The notes: a model not told the origin generated them from the sequence alone. A stretch of DNA of 38,517 bases from a virus (IMGVR_UViG_3300037692_000242:1-38517), one strand, 5' to 3'. Counted from the first letter of the stretch, positions 6,374 through 15,978 are shown. Translations and numbers: made by a program.

Positions 6374-8080
6374 ATGTTCGGAGGCCTGATTGAACAAATG
6401 AAACAGCGGAAGTCGGCCCTGAAGAACGAGAGGTCGAGCTTCGACCCCCACTGGAAGGAGATCTCCGACTTGATTTCTGTCCGGACGAGCCGCTTTTTCC
6501 GTGAAGACAGAAACAAGGGGTCCCGGGTCAATACCAAAATTGTCAACGAGACGGCTGTCCTGGCCCACAGGACGCTTGAGTCCGGGATGATGGCCGGTAT
6601 GTCCTCCCCGGCGCGGCCTTGGTTCACGCTCAATCCTCCGGACCCTGGAATGCAAAAGTTTCAGCCGGTCAAGGAATGGCTCTCCGTTGTCAACAAACTG
6701 ATGCTCGAGCATTTCGGGCGGTCCAATATCTACTCGGTCCTGCCGAAGACCTACAGCGATATCGGCGGGTACGGAACGGCGGCGTTCGGGATTGTTGATG
6801 ACGAAGACGACGTGTTTCGCTGCTATCCGTTTTCGATTGGCTCCTATTGCTTGGATTGCAACGACAGGATGCTGGTTGACACCTGTCACCGTGAGTTTTC
6901 GATGACCTGTCAGCAACTGATCCAGCGGTTCGGCAGGAAGACGGCCAGCGGCCTGCCCGACTGGTCGACCTTCTCCCCGGCGGTCAAGAATGCTTACGAC
7001 ACCGGGAAATACGGGACATGGTTTGGGACCAATCATGCCGTCGAACCCAATCCGGATTGGAACCCGAAGAGCGCTCACAGCCGGGACAAGCGGTATCGAT
7101 CAATCTATTACGAAGAAGGGGACACCAAATCCGCCCTGTCGCAGATGGGCTATGACGACTTTCCCATTATCGCCTCCCGCTGGCACGTCAACGGCGAAGA
7201 CGTTTATGGAAGCCGATCCCCGGCCATGGACGCGCTCGGTGTTGTCAAGGGGGTCAACCTGGAGGAACGGCGGAAGTACCAGGTTATCGACAAAATCTGG
7301 AACCCGAGCATGAATGCCGACTCGACCCTGAGAAACAGCGGTGCCGACCTGCTCCCCGGAGGGCTCAACTGGATTCCGGGCATGGCGTCCGCCGGCAACC
7401 CGGGACTGCGACCGACCCACGTCATTGACCCGGTGGCCGTCACCGTCCTGGCGCAGGATATTGAAAAGCTCGAAAGCCGGATTCGGGCGCTCTTCTATGC
7501 CGACCTGATGCTGATGCTGGCCACCAGCGAGAATTCGCAGATGACGGCGCGGGAAGTCGAGGAGCGGCACAGCGAAAAACTTCTGGTCCTTGGTCCTATG
7601 CTCGAGCAGCAAAACGATGATACGTTCGACCCGCTGATCGACGTGACGTTCAACAAGATGCTGGCCCGGGGGCTCTTCCCACCTCCTCCGGAAGAAATCC
7701 AGGGGGCAAAGCTTCGGGTCGAATACACCTCCACCATGGCGCAGGCGCAGAAACTGATTGGCGTCTCCGCCCTGGAGCGGTTCGCCGGATTCGTCGGGAA
7801 CCTGTCGGGGTTCAGTCCCACAGCCCTCGACAAATTCGACATGGACGAGGCCATCGACGACTACGGCATCATGACCGGCGTCAATCCCAAGATTGTCCGC
7901 TCGGCGGAAAGCGTCATTGAAATCCGCAACGCCCGGGCCGAAGCCCTCAAGGCTCAAGAGTCGGCAGAGCGTATGCCGGCCATGGTTCAAGGGGCGCAGG
8001 CAGCAAAGACCATGGCGGAGATCCCCACCGGGGGGGATAACGCCCTGACGGCCATGTTGAGCCGACTGCAGGGAGGATAG
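6374..8080 (+). CDS. Portal (head-tail connector) protein
   Basis: SPARPWF, RW...GEDVYG.SP, MTAREVEERHSEKLLVLGP motifs of the T7 gp8/BPP-1 portal family; 568 aa. Confidence 0.95.
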   Translation: MFGGLIEQMKQRKSALKNERSSFDPHWKEISDLISVRTSRFFREDRNKGSRVNTKIVNETAVLAHRTLESGMMAGMSSPARPWFTLNPPDPGMQKFQPVKEWLSVVNKLMLEHFGRSNIYSVLPKTYSDIGGYGTAAFGIVDDEDDVFRCYPFSIGSYCLDCNDRMLVDTCHREFSMTCQQLIQRFGRKTASGLPDWSTFSPAVKNAYDTGKYGTWFGTNHAVEPNPDWNPKSAHSRDKRYRSIYYEEGDTKSALSQMGYDDFPIIASRWHVNGEDVYGSRSPAMDALGVVKGVNLEERRKYQVIDKIWNPSMNADSTLRNSGADLLPGGLNWIPGMASAGNPGLRPTHVIDPVAVTVLAQDIEKLESRIRALFYADLMLMLATSENSQMTAREVEERHSEKLLVLGPMLEQQNDDTFDPLIDVTFNKMLARGLFPPPPEEIQGAKLRVEYTSTMAQAQKLIGVSALERFAGFVGNLSGFSPTALDKFDMDEAIDDYGIMTGVNPKIVRSAESVIEIRNARAEALKAQESAERMPAMVQGAQAAKTMAEIPTGGDNALTAMLSRLQGG

Positions 8081-8081
8081 C

Positions 8082-8375
8082 GTGGCCAAGGTCTCCAAGG
8101 AGCGCAAAATAGAAATATCTGACCTGCTGGAAGTCATGGCGACTCCGGCGGGGCGCCGGTTCGTCTGGCGACAACTCGAAATTGCCGGGGTCTATCTGGC
8201 CTGCTACACACCGGAAGCAGAAGGAGGGCGCAGGATCGGTCTTCTTCTCCTGGCGGATTTGGTCAGTGAATGCCCTCGGGAGTATCTGGCCATGCAGTCG
8301 GAGCAGATGAATCAGACCACCCGGGAGCGGATTGAAAAGGAAGCCAACAAGGAAAGGGAAACCGATGAAGCGTAA
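8082..8375 (+). CDS. Bbp19-like phage protein
   Basis: DL..VM.TPAGRRFVW..L...G...EG.RRIGL.L motif; position between portal and scaffold. Confidence 0.8.
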   Translation: MAKVSKERKIEISDLLEVMATPAGRRFVWRQLEIAGVYLACYTPEAEGGRRIGLLLLADLVSECPREYLAMQSEQMNQTTRERIEKEANKERETDEA

Positions 8376-9105
8376 ATTTCTGAGAGTAAATGAGATTCAT
8401 TCCGGCGCCGCGTTCATTACGACGGAAGACGAGGGAGCCGGTAATTCTGACGAAGGCGGGGACGATCTGGCGACCCTCTTTTCCAAAGAGGACATTGAAG
8501 CCAAGCGCACGGCCATTACCGAATCCAAGGCCGAAGAGGACCGCCGTGCTGCCCTGACCGACGAGGAGCGTACCCTTGAGGACACGACCAGGGCCGAAGA
8601 GACCGCGGCCAAGGGGGTTCCCGAGAAGTACGACTTCAAAATCCCCGAAGGCACCACCATTGACGACGAAATCATGGGGGAAGTTTCTGCTTTTGCCAAA
8701 GAGAACAACCTGCCCATGAAGGAAGCGCAGCGCATCGCCGACCTTGGGGCGAAAATGCTTGTCAAACAGCAGGAATCCCGGATGGCCGAATACGAAACCA
8801 TCAAGGAGGGCTGGCTGACCTCGGCAAAGACCGACAAGGAAATCGGCGCCGACATTTCCAAGGGCAAAGACTCCATCGCGGCCCGGGCCTTCAATACCAT
8901 TGCCACCCCGGAGATGAAGGAGATGGTCGATCAGTATGGCATCGGCAATCACCCGGAAGTTCTCCGCATGTTTTACCGATTGGCGCCTTTCATGGCGGAC
9001 GACAAGATGCACATGCCCGGATCGGGCGCAGGGGCCGGTAGCTCTACTGGAGTGGAAAGCACTGTCGCAGGCATCTTTAATCATCCCAGCCGGAAACAGG
9101 GCTGA
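8365..9105 (+). CDS. Capsid scaffolding protein, with AFIT leader
   Basis: Acidic N-half, PEKYDFKIPEG, AKE.NL...AQ, GIGNHPEVLRMF motifs; directly upstream of the capsid gene. Confidence 0.88.
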   Translation: MKRKFLRVNEIHSGAAFITTEDEGAGNSDEGGDDLATLFSKEDIEAKRTAITESKAEEDRRAALTDEERTLEDTTRAEETAAKGVPEKYDFKIPEGTTIDDEIMGEVSAFAKENNLPMKEAQRIADLGAKMLVKQQESRMAEYETIKEGWLTSAKTDKEIGADISKGKDSIAARAFNTIATPEMKEMVDQYGIGNHPEVLRMFYRLAPFMADDKMHMPGSGAGAGSSTGVESTVAGIFNHPSRKQG

Positions 9106-9156
9106 TCGGCGCATCACCCAACGCAGTTTCCTATTAACCGAAGAAGGAGAAGCACC

Positions 9157-10284
9157 ATGAAACAGCTTTATCTCTGCATCCTGCTGTTCGTCGCCTCGGT
9201 TGCTGCCATGTTCCGGCAGGCAACCATCACCCGTTCCAGCGCGTTCATCACCACGGCGCTGCCTGACACCAATGCCACCCTGCTCGATTATGCGGCCATG
9301 TACCAGGCCGACCCTGCCACCAAGGGCGTCGGCGACTTCATCATGCTGGCAGCGGAGCAGAACGAAATTCTCGACGACCTCGTTATGCAGGAGTGCAACG
9401 ACGGCACGAAGCACAAGAGCGTCATCATCCCCGGCCTGCCGGAGCCGACCTTCCGCAAGCTCTATGGTTTCGTTCAGCCCTCCCGCGTTCAGGGTATCCC
9501 AATCTCCGACAACTGCGCCATGCTGGAAGACTATCTCCAGACCGACAAGGCTGTCGCCGACCTGAACAACAACTCGGCGCGTTTCCAGATGTCCCAGGCG
9601 CGGGGCATCACCGAAGGGTTCAACAAGAAGATTGCCTCCAGCCTCTTCTATTCCAACGAGGCTACCCAGCCGGAAGCCTTCACCGGCATGGCTCCCCGCT
9701 TCAATGATCTCTCCGCGGCCAACGGCGGGAACATCATCGATGCCCTCGCCGGGGCCGGCGTCGCCGCCGAGCTCCTGCACTCCTCGATCTACATTGTCAA
9801 CTGGGGAGATTTCCAGGTTCACGGGATTTTCCCCAAAGGCTCCAAAGCCGGCCTTCAGATCAACGACAAGGGTCAGGTCACCGTCCAGGACACCACGGCG
9901 GCTGACGGCATGGGCGGGGGCCTGATGGAGGCTTACCGAACCCACTTCCGGTGGGACATCGGACTGGCCGTTCCCGACTGGCGCCACGTCGTGCGAATCG
10001 CCAACATCAAGACCTCCGCCCTGACCAAAAATGCCGGCTCCGGCGCCGACATCATCGACCTGATCACCCAGGGCCTGGAGATGATTCATTCCACCGGGGG
10101 GCGTCCGGCTATTTACTGCAGCCGTGCGGTCCGTTCCTTCCTCCGCCGGCAGATCGCCAACAAGATCGCCGCGTCGACCCTGACGATGGAGGATGTGGCC
10201 GGCAAGCGTGTCGTCGCCTTCGACGGCATCCCGGTTCGTCGGTGTGACGCCCTGATCAACACCGAAGCCGGCCTCGAGGCATAA
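9157..10284 (+). CDS. Major capsid protein (BPP-1/epsilon15-like), with N-terminal leader
   Basis: NEILDD...ECNDGTKH...GLP.PTFRKLY, FTGMAPRFN, GIFPKGSKAGL, YRTHFRWDIGL.V.DWR.VVRIANI, FDGIPVRRCDA. Confidence 0.95.
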   Translation: MKQLYLCILLFVASVAAMFRQATITRSSAFITTALPDTNATLLDYAAMYQADPATKGVGDFIMLAAEQNEILDDLVMQECNDGTKHKSVIIPGLPEPTFRKLYGFVQPSRVQGIPISDNCAMLEDYLQTDKAVADLNNNSARFQMSQARGITEGFNKKIASSLFYSNEATQPEAFTGMAPRFNDLSAANGGNIIDALAGAGVAAELLHSSIYIVNWGDFQVHGIFPKGSKAGLQINDKGQVTVQDTTAADGMGGGLMEAYRTHFRWDIGLAVPDWRHVVRIANIKTSALTKNAGSGADIIDLITQGLEMIHSTGGRPAIYCSRAVRSFLRRQIANKIAASTLTMEDVAGKRVVAFDGIPVRRCDALINTEAGLEA

Positions 10285-10290
10285 CCGAAC

Positions 10291-10318
10291 GGGGGGAGGT
10301 TGCTCTCCCCCCTTCTTT
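10291..10318 (+). terminator. Stem-loop after the capsid gene (partial terminator or stabiliser)
   Basis: GGGGGGAG-gttgct-CTCCCCCC followed by TTCTTT. Confidence 0.6.
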
Positions 10319-10345
10319 CCCCAATTCTTTTCAAGGAGACGGCTC

Positions 10346-10828
10346 ATGAAATATCTCGTTCGGAAGGCTCAAGCCTTTATCACCGCGATTCTGGATCTCC
10401 GGTCCACCTTCGCCTCCGCCACCTCGGTTGCCGCCACCGCCGGGACCGCCATTCTCGGCAACGTCATGCCCCTGGACACCACGGGGTTCAATCTCGGGCA
10501 GGCCATGCAGCGCGTCTACCTCGTCATCGCCGTGACGACCGGGCTCGATTCGGCCGGCGGGGCCGCGACCCTGGCATTCAAGCTGATGAGCCATTCGACG
10601 GAAACCATCACCTCGGGTGTGACCCATGTTCAGACCGCGGCCTTTACCGAAGCTCAGGCCGTCGCCGGAACCGTGTTGCACTGCCAGCCTCTCCCCCAGG
10701 GGACCTATGGAAAGTACCTCGGCCTGGCCTTTACCCTCGCCGGGGAGACCTCCACTGTCGGTGCCGTCAACGCCTACCTGACCCTCGATCCTCCGCAGGG
10801 CTGGAAAGCCTACCCCAACGCGGTCTAA
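10346..10828 (+). CDS. Capsid cement/decoration protein (Bbp16-like), with AFIT leader
   Basis: ILD....F, beta-rich, LP.G..GKYLGL.FT, G.VNAYLT.D...WKAYP; follows the capsid gene. Confidence 0.85.
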   Translation: MKYLVRKAQAFITAILDLRSTFASATSVAATAGTAILGNVMPLDTTGFNLGQAMQRVYLVIAVTTGLDSAGGAATLAFKLMSHSTETITSGVTHVQTAAFTEAQAVAGTVLHCQPLPQGTYGKYLGLAFTLAGETSTVGAVNAYLTLDPPQGWKAYPNAV

Positions 10829-10844
10829 CCGCATAACCTGAGAA

Positions 10845-10871
10845 GGGGAGGCTCCATTACGGAGCTTCCCC
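10845..10871 (+). other. Intergenic stem-loop
   Basis: GGGGAGGCTCC-attac-GGAGCTTCCCC between the cement gene and the next gene; no long U tract. Confidence 0.55.
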
Positions 10872-10890
10872 GCTCTTCACGGAGGAACAG

Positions 10891-11196
10891 ATGGCAACCG
10901 GAAAGATTCGCAGGAACGTGATCGTCTTCATGAACGGCTCCCTCCAGAAGGTCGACCTGGACGAAGCCGGAAGGGTTGTCCCGAAAGGGGAGGTCAAGGA
11001 GAAGGTCAAGGACGAGGACAAAAACCCGACGAAGCAGGAGCTCATGGCCGAGTTGAAGAAGCGCGGGATCTCCTTCAAGGCGACCCTCGGCAACGCCGCC
11101 CTGACGGAAATTCTCGAGGCCGACGATAAAGCCAAAGAGGAACCCCCAAAGGGAGAAGAGAACCCCGGCGGCACCGGCAACCAGGACGTTATTTGA
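10891..11196 (+). CDS. Small head-region protein with helix-extension-helix-like motif
   Basis: GGAGG RBS; PTKQELMAELKKRGISFKATLGNAALTEIL resembles HeH/LEM-type motifs. Confidence 0.75.
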   Translation: MATGKIRRNVIVFMNGSLQKVDLDEAGRVVPKGEVKEKVKDEDKNPTKQELMAELKKRGISFKATLGNAALTEILEADDKAKEEPPKGEENPGGTGNQDVI

Positions 11197-11207
11197 ATGA
11201 TTGAAGC

Positions 11208-11237
11208 CAAGGCAGAAGCTGCCTTCTGCCTTGTTTT
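11208..11237 (+). terminator. Rho-independent terminator
   Basis: CAAGGCAGAAG-ctgc-CTTCTGCCTTG followed by TTTT. Confidence 0.7.
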
Positions 11238-11252
11238 GAGCCATTCCATCCC

Positions 11253-11612
11253 ATGACGGAGCAGATTATGACAGGGACCGCCGACAAGATGGACAGGCTC
11301 CAAGAGATTATGGACTCCCTGCCTTCATCCAATAGACCCGGACCGGAACAGAGGAAGAATGCTCTGACGAAACGGGATGTATTGGTCATTTACAACATCG
11401 CCAAAATTGCCAACGAACCGCACATCTGCCCCTTCAAGGGCGAAGACATCAGCGTTTTAACCAATGTGGCCACGAATATTACCCGGACACAGAAGCTCGT
11501 CGCCGTAACCCTCATTGTTGGATCTCTTGGGGCGATAGGCCGGGGGCTCTGGCTGGTGGTCACCTATGCGGTCAGACAATACATCGCCAACGGCGGCGTC
11601 AACATTCAATAG
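11253..11612 (+). CDS. Hypothetical protein with C-terminal transmembrane segment
   Basis: LVAVTLIVGSLGAIGRGLWLVVTYAV hydrophobic stretch; fills the gap before tail tube A; weak RBS, start uncertain. Confidence 0.65.
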   Translation: MTEQIMTGTADKMDRLQEIMDSLPSSNRPGPEQRKNALTKRDVLVIYNIAKIANEPHICPFKGEDISVLTNVATNITRTQKLVAVTLIVGSLGAIGRGLWLVVTYAVRQYIANGGVNIQ

Positions 11613-11620
11613 GGGGTTCC

Positions 11621-12247
11621 ATGGCCAGAAGCAACGAGGCAATTTGTAATGTCGCCCTGCAGCGAGTCGGGGTAACCGCCACCATCGACCGGCTGGATCA
11701 GCGGATCAAAGAGGCCATGGTGTGCAATCAGGTCTTCGAAATGACCAGGAGAAAAGTCCTGGAGGAGACGCCTTTTCCCTTCTCCCGGAAATTCTCTCTG
11801 CTGGCGCAGTCAGGTTCGACGCCTTTGAAATGGCGGTATCGCTACGTCTATCCCAACGACTGCCTGCATATCCGGGCCATCTTTCCCAACATCGGGGGAG
11901 GATACGATCCGTCGATTCTCCGCCGGGTTGCCCGGGAGCGCAGTCATCCCTACGAACTGGCTCTCGACGCCACGGACGAGAAGACCATTCTCACCGACAT
12001 TGAAAATGCAATCATCGAATACACCGTCGATATCGCCAATCCGTCCCGGTTTACCTCCGCCTTTGATTCGATGTTTGCCTGGGCTTTGGCCGGGGAGATT
12101 GCCCTGCCCCTGTCGACAGACGTGAAGTTTGCCTCCAACGCCTTCGGGATGTACGAGACGGAGAAAAACAGGGTCCATGCTACGGCTCTGAACGAAGAGC
12201 ACAGCGAAGATTCGCCTGAATCCGAATTCATCACCGTTCGCAACTAG
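11621..12247 (+). CDS. Tail tubular protein A (T7 gp11-like adaptor)
   Basis: ICNVAL..VG, EA..CN..F...R..VL...PF.F, W.Y.Y.YP.DCL, F...F..ALA.EIA.PL motifs. Confidence 0.88.
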   Translation: MARSNEAICNVALQRVGVTATIDRLDQRIKEAMVCNQVFEMTRRKVLEETPFPFSRKFSLLAQSGSTPLKWRYRYVYPNDCLHIRAIFPNIGGGYDPSILRRVARERSHPYELALDATDEKTILTDIENAIIEYTVDIANPSRFTSAFDSMFAWALAGEIALPLSTDVKFASNAFGMYETEKNRVHATALNEEHSEDSPESEFITVRN

Positions 12248-12256
12248 GAGCTTCCC

Positions 12257-15076
12257 ATGCCCGAAATCCCACAAACCAGCATGGCGGCAGGCGAAGTCAC
12301 CCCGGCTATGTACGGCAGGGTCGACCTGGCCAGGTACTTCATCGGCCTGCGTACCTGCCTGAATTGGATGGTCCGACAGACCGGCGGCGTCACCAACCGC
12401 TCGGGGTTCCGTTATGTCGGTTCGACAAAACTGGTTGGCACCATGGCGCGGCTGATCGACTTCAAGGTTTCCTCCACCGAAGCATATGTCATCGAGTTGG
12501 GCGAATATTACATGCGCTTTTACTACCGCGGGGGGCTTGTCCGGTACGATCTGGATGCCCTGACGACGTGGACTTTGCCCTCTTCGTGGGTTGTCGGTGA
12601 CATTGTAAAGGATAACGGGTCTATCTATCGGTGCATTTTGGACCACACGAACACCGACCTCAGTTTTTATTTCCCCGACGACCCCACCTATTGGCTGGAA
12701 ATCGAAGACATCGCCGAAGTCATCACGCCATGGCCGGCGGCAGACCTCCGGGGTTTGGATTACACCCAAAGCGCCGACGTGATGACCTTCTGCCATCCAA
12801 ACCACAAACAGCGCCAGTTGGGGCGCTACAGCCACATTGATTGGCGCCTGTCTGTCTTCGGCAATGTCGGCGGTCCGTTCGGGGATCTCAACCTGAACAC
12901 GCTCAACACCATTGTCGCCACCAACATGACCGGAGTGGTGACGCTAACCTCTCCGGAAAACATTTTCACGGCGGACATGGTGGACCGCTACATTCAGATC
13001 GAGCAGAACCCGGAAGCCCTGACGCCGCGGTGGGAGGTGGCCAAGGCCATTCTTGCCAATGCCATTTACAAAACGAACTCCGGGTACTACAAGGCTATTG
13101 CCGCCGGCACCACGGGAACGGTTCGGCCCGACCACCTGGAGGGCATCGGGTACGACGGCAGTCCCGGGGTGGCCTGGCAGTACCTGCACAACGGAGTCGG
13201 CATCGCTCTGATCACCGCCTACGTTTCTCCCACGGAAGTGACAGCTACCGTTCAGGACTACATTCCCGAGTCCGTCGTCAATGCCTCTATCCCTCGCACG
13301 ATCACCGACATGGAACCGGGCGCCCCGGAAGTGACAGGCGAGTTTCCAGCCCCAGCCGAAAATGTTCTGGTGACCGTCCTCTCTCACGGCTATCTGGACG
13401 GCAGCAACGTCACCCTTTCCGGAGTCACAGGGATTACCGGGGCCAATGGGACCTGGGCAATTTCCGTCAAGAGCAGCGACACCTTCGAACTGATCGGCTG
13501 CATAGCTGAGGGAACATGGGGAGGCGCTGGTGTCGTAACGCGAACCCTGGTGGCCAGCCCGACCTATAAGTGGTCCCTTGAGGAATGGGGAGGGACGCGG
13601 GGCTTTCCCGCCACCAGCACATATTACCAACAGCGTCAAATCTTTGGCGGAGCGCCGGGAAGACCGCAGGCCGTCCAGATGTCGAAGACCGCCGGGTTTC
13701 TCGACTTCGGCAAGAACATTCCCATGCTCGATGACGATGCCATCGACTTCTCCCTCAACGCCGGAACAATCGGACACATTCTCCATTTCGTCAACCTCAA
13801 GAACCTGATCGCCCTCACCACGGAAGGCCCGTGGATGATCATCAAGGAACAGGGCAACCCCATTCCCATCACCGACCCCCAGGGGGAAGGCGGATCCGCC
13901 ACAGTGCGACCGTTGAAAATCAACAAGCAGGCGCTCTACGTCGAGGACAAGGGGGGCGCGATTCGTTCCCTCGGCTACGAGTTCTCTTCCGATACCTACG
14001 AGGGGAAGGATTTGACGGTTACCGCCGATCATCTCTTCGAGGGGCACAGCATCGTCGAGTGGTGCTTTCAGAAGATCCCGAATCACGTCGTCTGGATGGT
14101 TCGGGACGACGGGGTGCTGATCGGCCTGACCTACTTGGTCGAGCAGGAAGTCGTTGCTTGGCACCGGCACACCACCGATGGGCTCTTCGAGTCGATTTCC
14201 TGCGTCACGGAGCCGACCGAAGACGCCGTGTATGCCGTGGTCCGACGCAACATCAACGGCAGCGACGTGAGATATGTCGAAAAGCTCAACACTCGGATTT
14301 TCCCGACACCGGAAGATGAATTTATCGTCGACTCCGGCCTGACCTATGACGGCAGAAACGCAGGCGCCGGGATCGGATTTATGCTGTCAACCCTCACCGG
14401 AGGATGGACCTACCAAGACACCCTGAACATCGAAACCAATACGGCGGTTTTCACCGGGGTGTCGGATGTCGGGGATGCCGTCGTACTGACCGACGACGAA
14501 GGGGATTTACTGCGCCTGACCATCATCGAATATGTTTCCCCGACGCAGGTCAATGTCCTGGCCAACCGGACGGTTCCGGTAGAGTGTCAGACCGGGACCG
14601 GGTTTGACCTGGCTCGGGATACTTTCACCAACCTTGGCCACCTGGAGGGGAAGACGGTCTCCATCCTGGCCGACGCCAAGGTTGCACCCTCGGCAGTGGT
14701 GACCGCAGGCGTCGTCACCATTCCAAATGCGGCGGTTGTCGTGCATATCGGGTTGCCGATTGTCGCCGACATCGAAACGCTTGAAATCAACACCCCGGGG
14801 ACCACCTTTCAGGGCAAGCCGAAAAACGTCAACTCGGTCAGCCTGATGGTTCAGGATACGAGGGGGCTGCTTGTCGGGCCAACACCGGAGAACCTGCTTG
14901 AGACGAGGGTGGAAATCAGTTCCAAATTCGATGCTCTCTACCAGCACACCACGGGCATTTTGCCGGTGAACATCATCAGCGACTGGAGCAAGGGCGGAAG
15001 GGTTCTGATCCGGCAACAGGAGCCGCTTGCGGCAACGATTCTGGCCATCATCCCCAACGTCACGATGCCGTCATGA
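12257..15076 (+). CDS. Tail tubular protein B (T7 gp12-like nozzle)
   Basis: S.AAGEVTP.MYGRVDL..Y, GG...R.G, YTQSADV, GFP....YQQR.IFG, EQEV.AWHRH.T.G, VDSGL.Y, HLEGKTV; 939 aa. Confidence 0.92.
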   Translation: MPEIPQTSMAAGEVTPAMYGRVDLARYFIGLRTCLNWMVRQTGGVTNRSGFRYVGSTKLVGTMARLIDFKVSSTEAYVIELGEYYMRFYYRGGLVRYDLDALTTWTLPSSWVVGDIVKDNGSIYRCILDHTNTDLSFYFPDDPTYWLEIEDIAEVITPWPAADLRGLDYTQSADVMTFCHPNHKQRQLGRYSHIDWRLSVFGNVGGPFGDLNLNTLNTIVATNMTGVVTLTSPENIFTADMVDRYIQIEQNPEALTPRWEVAKAILANAIYKTNSGYYKAIAAGTTGTVRPDHLEGIGYDGSPGVAWQYLHNGVGIALITAYVSPTEVTATVQDYIPESVVNASIPRTITDMEPGAPEVTGEFPAPAENVLVTVLSHGYLDGSNVTLSGVTGITGANGTWAISVKSSDTFELIGCIAEGTWGGAGVVTRTLVASPTYKWSLEEWGGTRGFPATSTYYQQRQIFGGAPGRPQAVQMSKTAGFLDFGKNIPMLDDDAIDFSLNAGTIGHILHFVNLKNLIALTTEGPWMIIKEQGNPIPITDPQGEGGSATVRPLKINKQALYVEDKGGAIRSLGYEFSSDTYEGKDLTVTADHLFEGHSIVEWCFQKIPNHVVWMVRDDGVLIGLTYLVEQEVVAWHRHTTDGLFESISCVTEPTEDAVYAVVRRNINGSDVRYVEKLNTRIFPTPEDEFIVDSGLTYDGRNAGAGIGFMLSTLTGGWTYQDTLNIETNTAVFTGVSDVGDAVVLTDDEGDLLRLTIIEYVSPTQVNVLANRTVPVECQTGTGFDLARDTFTNLGHLEGKTVSILADAKVAPSAVVTAGVVTIPNAAVVVHIGLPIVADIETLEINTPGTTFQGKPKNVNSVSLMVQDTRGLLVGPTPENLLETRVEISSKFDALYQHTTGILPVNIISDWSKGGRVLIRQQEPLAATILAIIPNVTMPS

Positions 15077-15978
15077 AAGCGACCATCGTCCCGGCGGAGG
15101 TCTGCCACATCGCCTTGATTGTCAAGGACATGAGGCAGGCCGACGTTGACGAGTTCGCATGCTTGGGCATGAAGCCTGAGACAGCCATGACCCTTTCCTT
15201 GAAAGACGCAACGGAAGCCTGGACAGGACTGATTGACGGCGTTCCGGTCTGCATGTTCGGCGTTTCCCCCTCTCATTTACTCACGCCTCTTCGGGGATAT
15301 CCGTGGATGATGGGAACGCACCACCTGGAACAACACGCTCCGCTTTTTTTGCGACGATGCAAAAAGCAGGTTTCCCGGATGCAGGAACTCTATCCCGTTC
15401 TGGAAAACTGGATTGCAAAATCGAATACGATTGCTGTAATGTGGCTGGAATGGTTGGGGTTTGAACTCCTGGAATCAAGACCTTTCGGCCCGTCCAATGC
15501 GATATTCATAAAATTCCGGAAGGAGGCGCCGATGAATTTGGCCAAGAAAGACGCATTCAAGCAGGGTATGGAGCAGACCGAAGCCTTCATGCTTCAGTGC
15601 GAACAGGTCCATTGCGAACCCGAACACCGCTTTGCCGAAGGTCTTTACTCCCGCACCCTGACCATGCCCAAAGACACCATTATCGCCTCCCGCGTTCACC
15701 TTCACGAAAATTTCGCTTTCATCATGAGAGGATCCTGCATTGTCGTCTCCGACGAAGGATCAACGGAATATCACGCGCCCTGCGCCCTGATCACCAAGAA
15801 GGGAACAAAGCGGCTTCTGCGAATCCTTGAGGAATGCACCTGGGTTACGGTTCACGCCATTCCCAAGGAACTCGGCGAGGACATCGAGAAGATCGAGGCA
15901 TATCTGGCAATCAACACCCTGGAAGAATACAAACAGGTCGAGCAGCAGAATCTTTTGGAGGGCAATCATGGAAGTTAA
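15073..15978 (+). CDS. Fusion of a GNAT-like (T7 gp13-like) domain and a cupin-like domain
   Basis: N-half MRQADVDE...P.CMFG...W...LENWI...N..A..WLEWLGF; C-half HRFAEGLYSR....PK.T....VH..E.......G...W.TVH. Internal AGGAGG-N5-ATG at 15532 is in frame. Confidence 0.8.
   Translation: MKATIVPAEVCHIALIVKDMRQADVDEFACLGMKPETAMTLSLKDATEAWTGLIDGVPVCMFGVSPSHLLTPLRGYPWMMGTHHLEQHAPLFLRRCKKQVSRMQELYPVLENWIAKSNTIAVMWLEWLGFELLESRPFGPSNAIFIKFRKEAPMNLAKKDAFKQGMEQTEAFMLQCEQVHCEPEHRFAEGLYSRTLTMPKDTIIASRVHLHENFAFIMRGSCIVVSDEGSTEYHAPCALITKKGTKRLLRILEECTWVTVHAIPKELGEDIEKIEAYLAINTLEEYKQVEQQNLLEGNHGS

Noticed and set aside
8263-10347. Long antisense ORFs (also 16438-18630, 23104-24606, 25567-26910, 30826-33060)
   Set aside because: They shadow well-supported genes on the opposite strand, as expected from GC-rich codon usage, and show no recognisable motifs.
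12223-12247. SEFITVRN at the C-terminus of tail tube A as a seventh AFIT motif
   Set aside because: It has E instead of A and is C-terminal rather than in a leader; probably coincidental.
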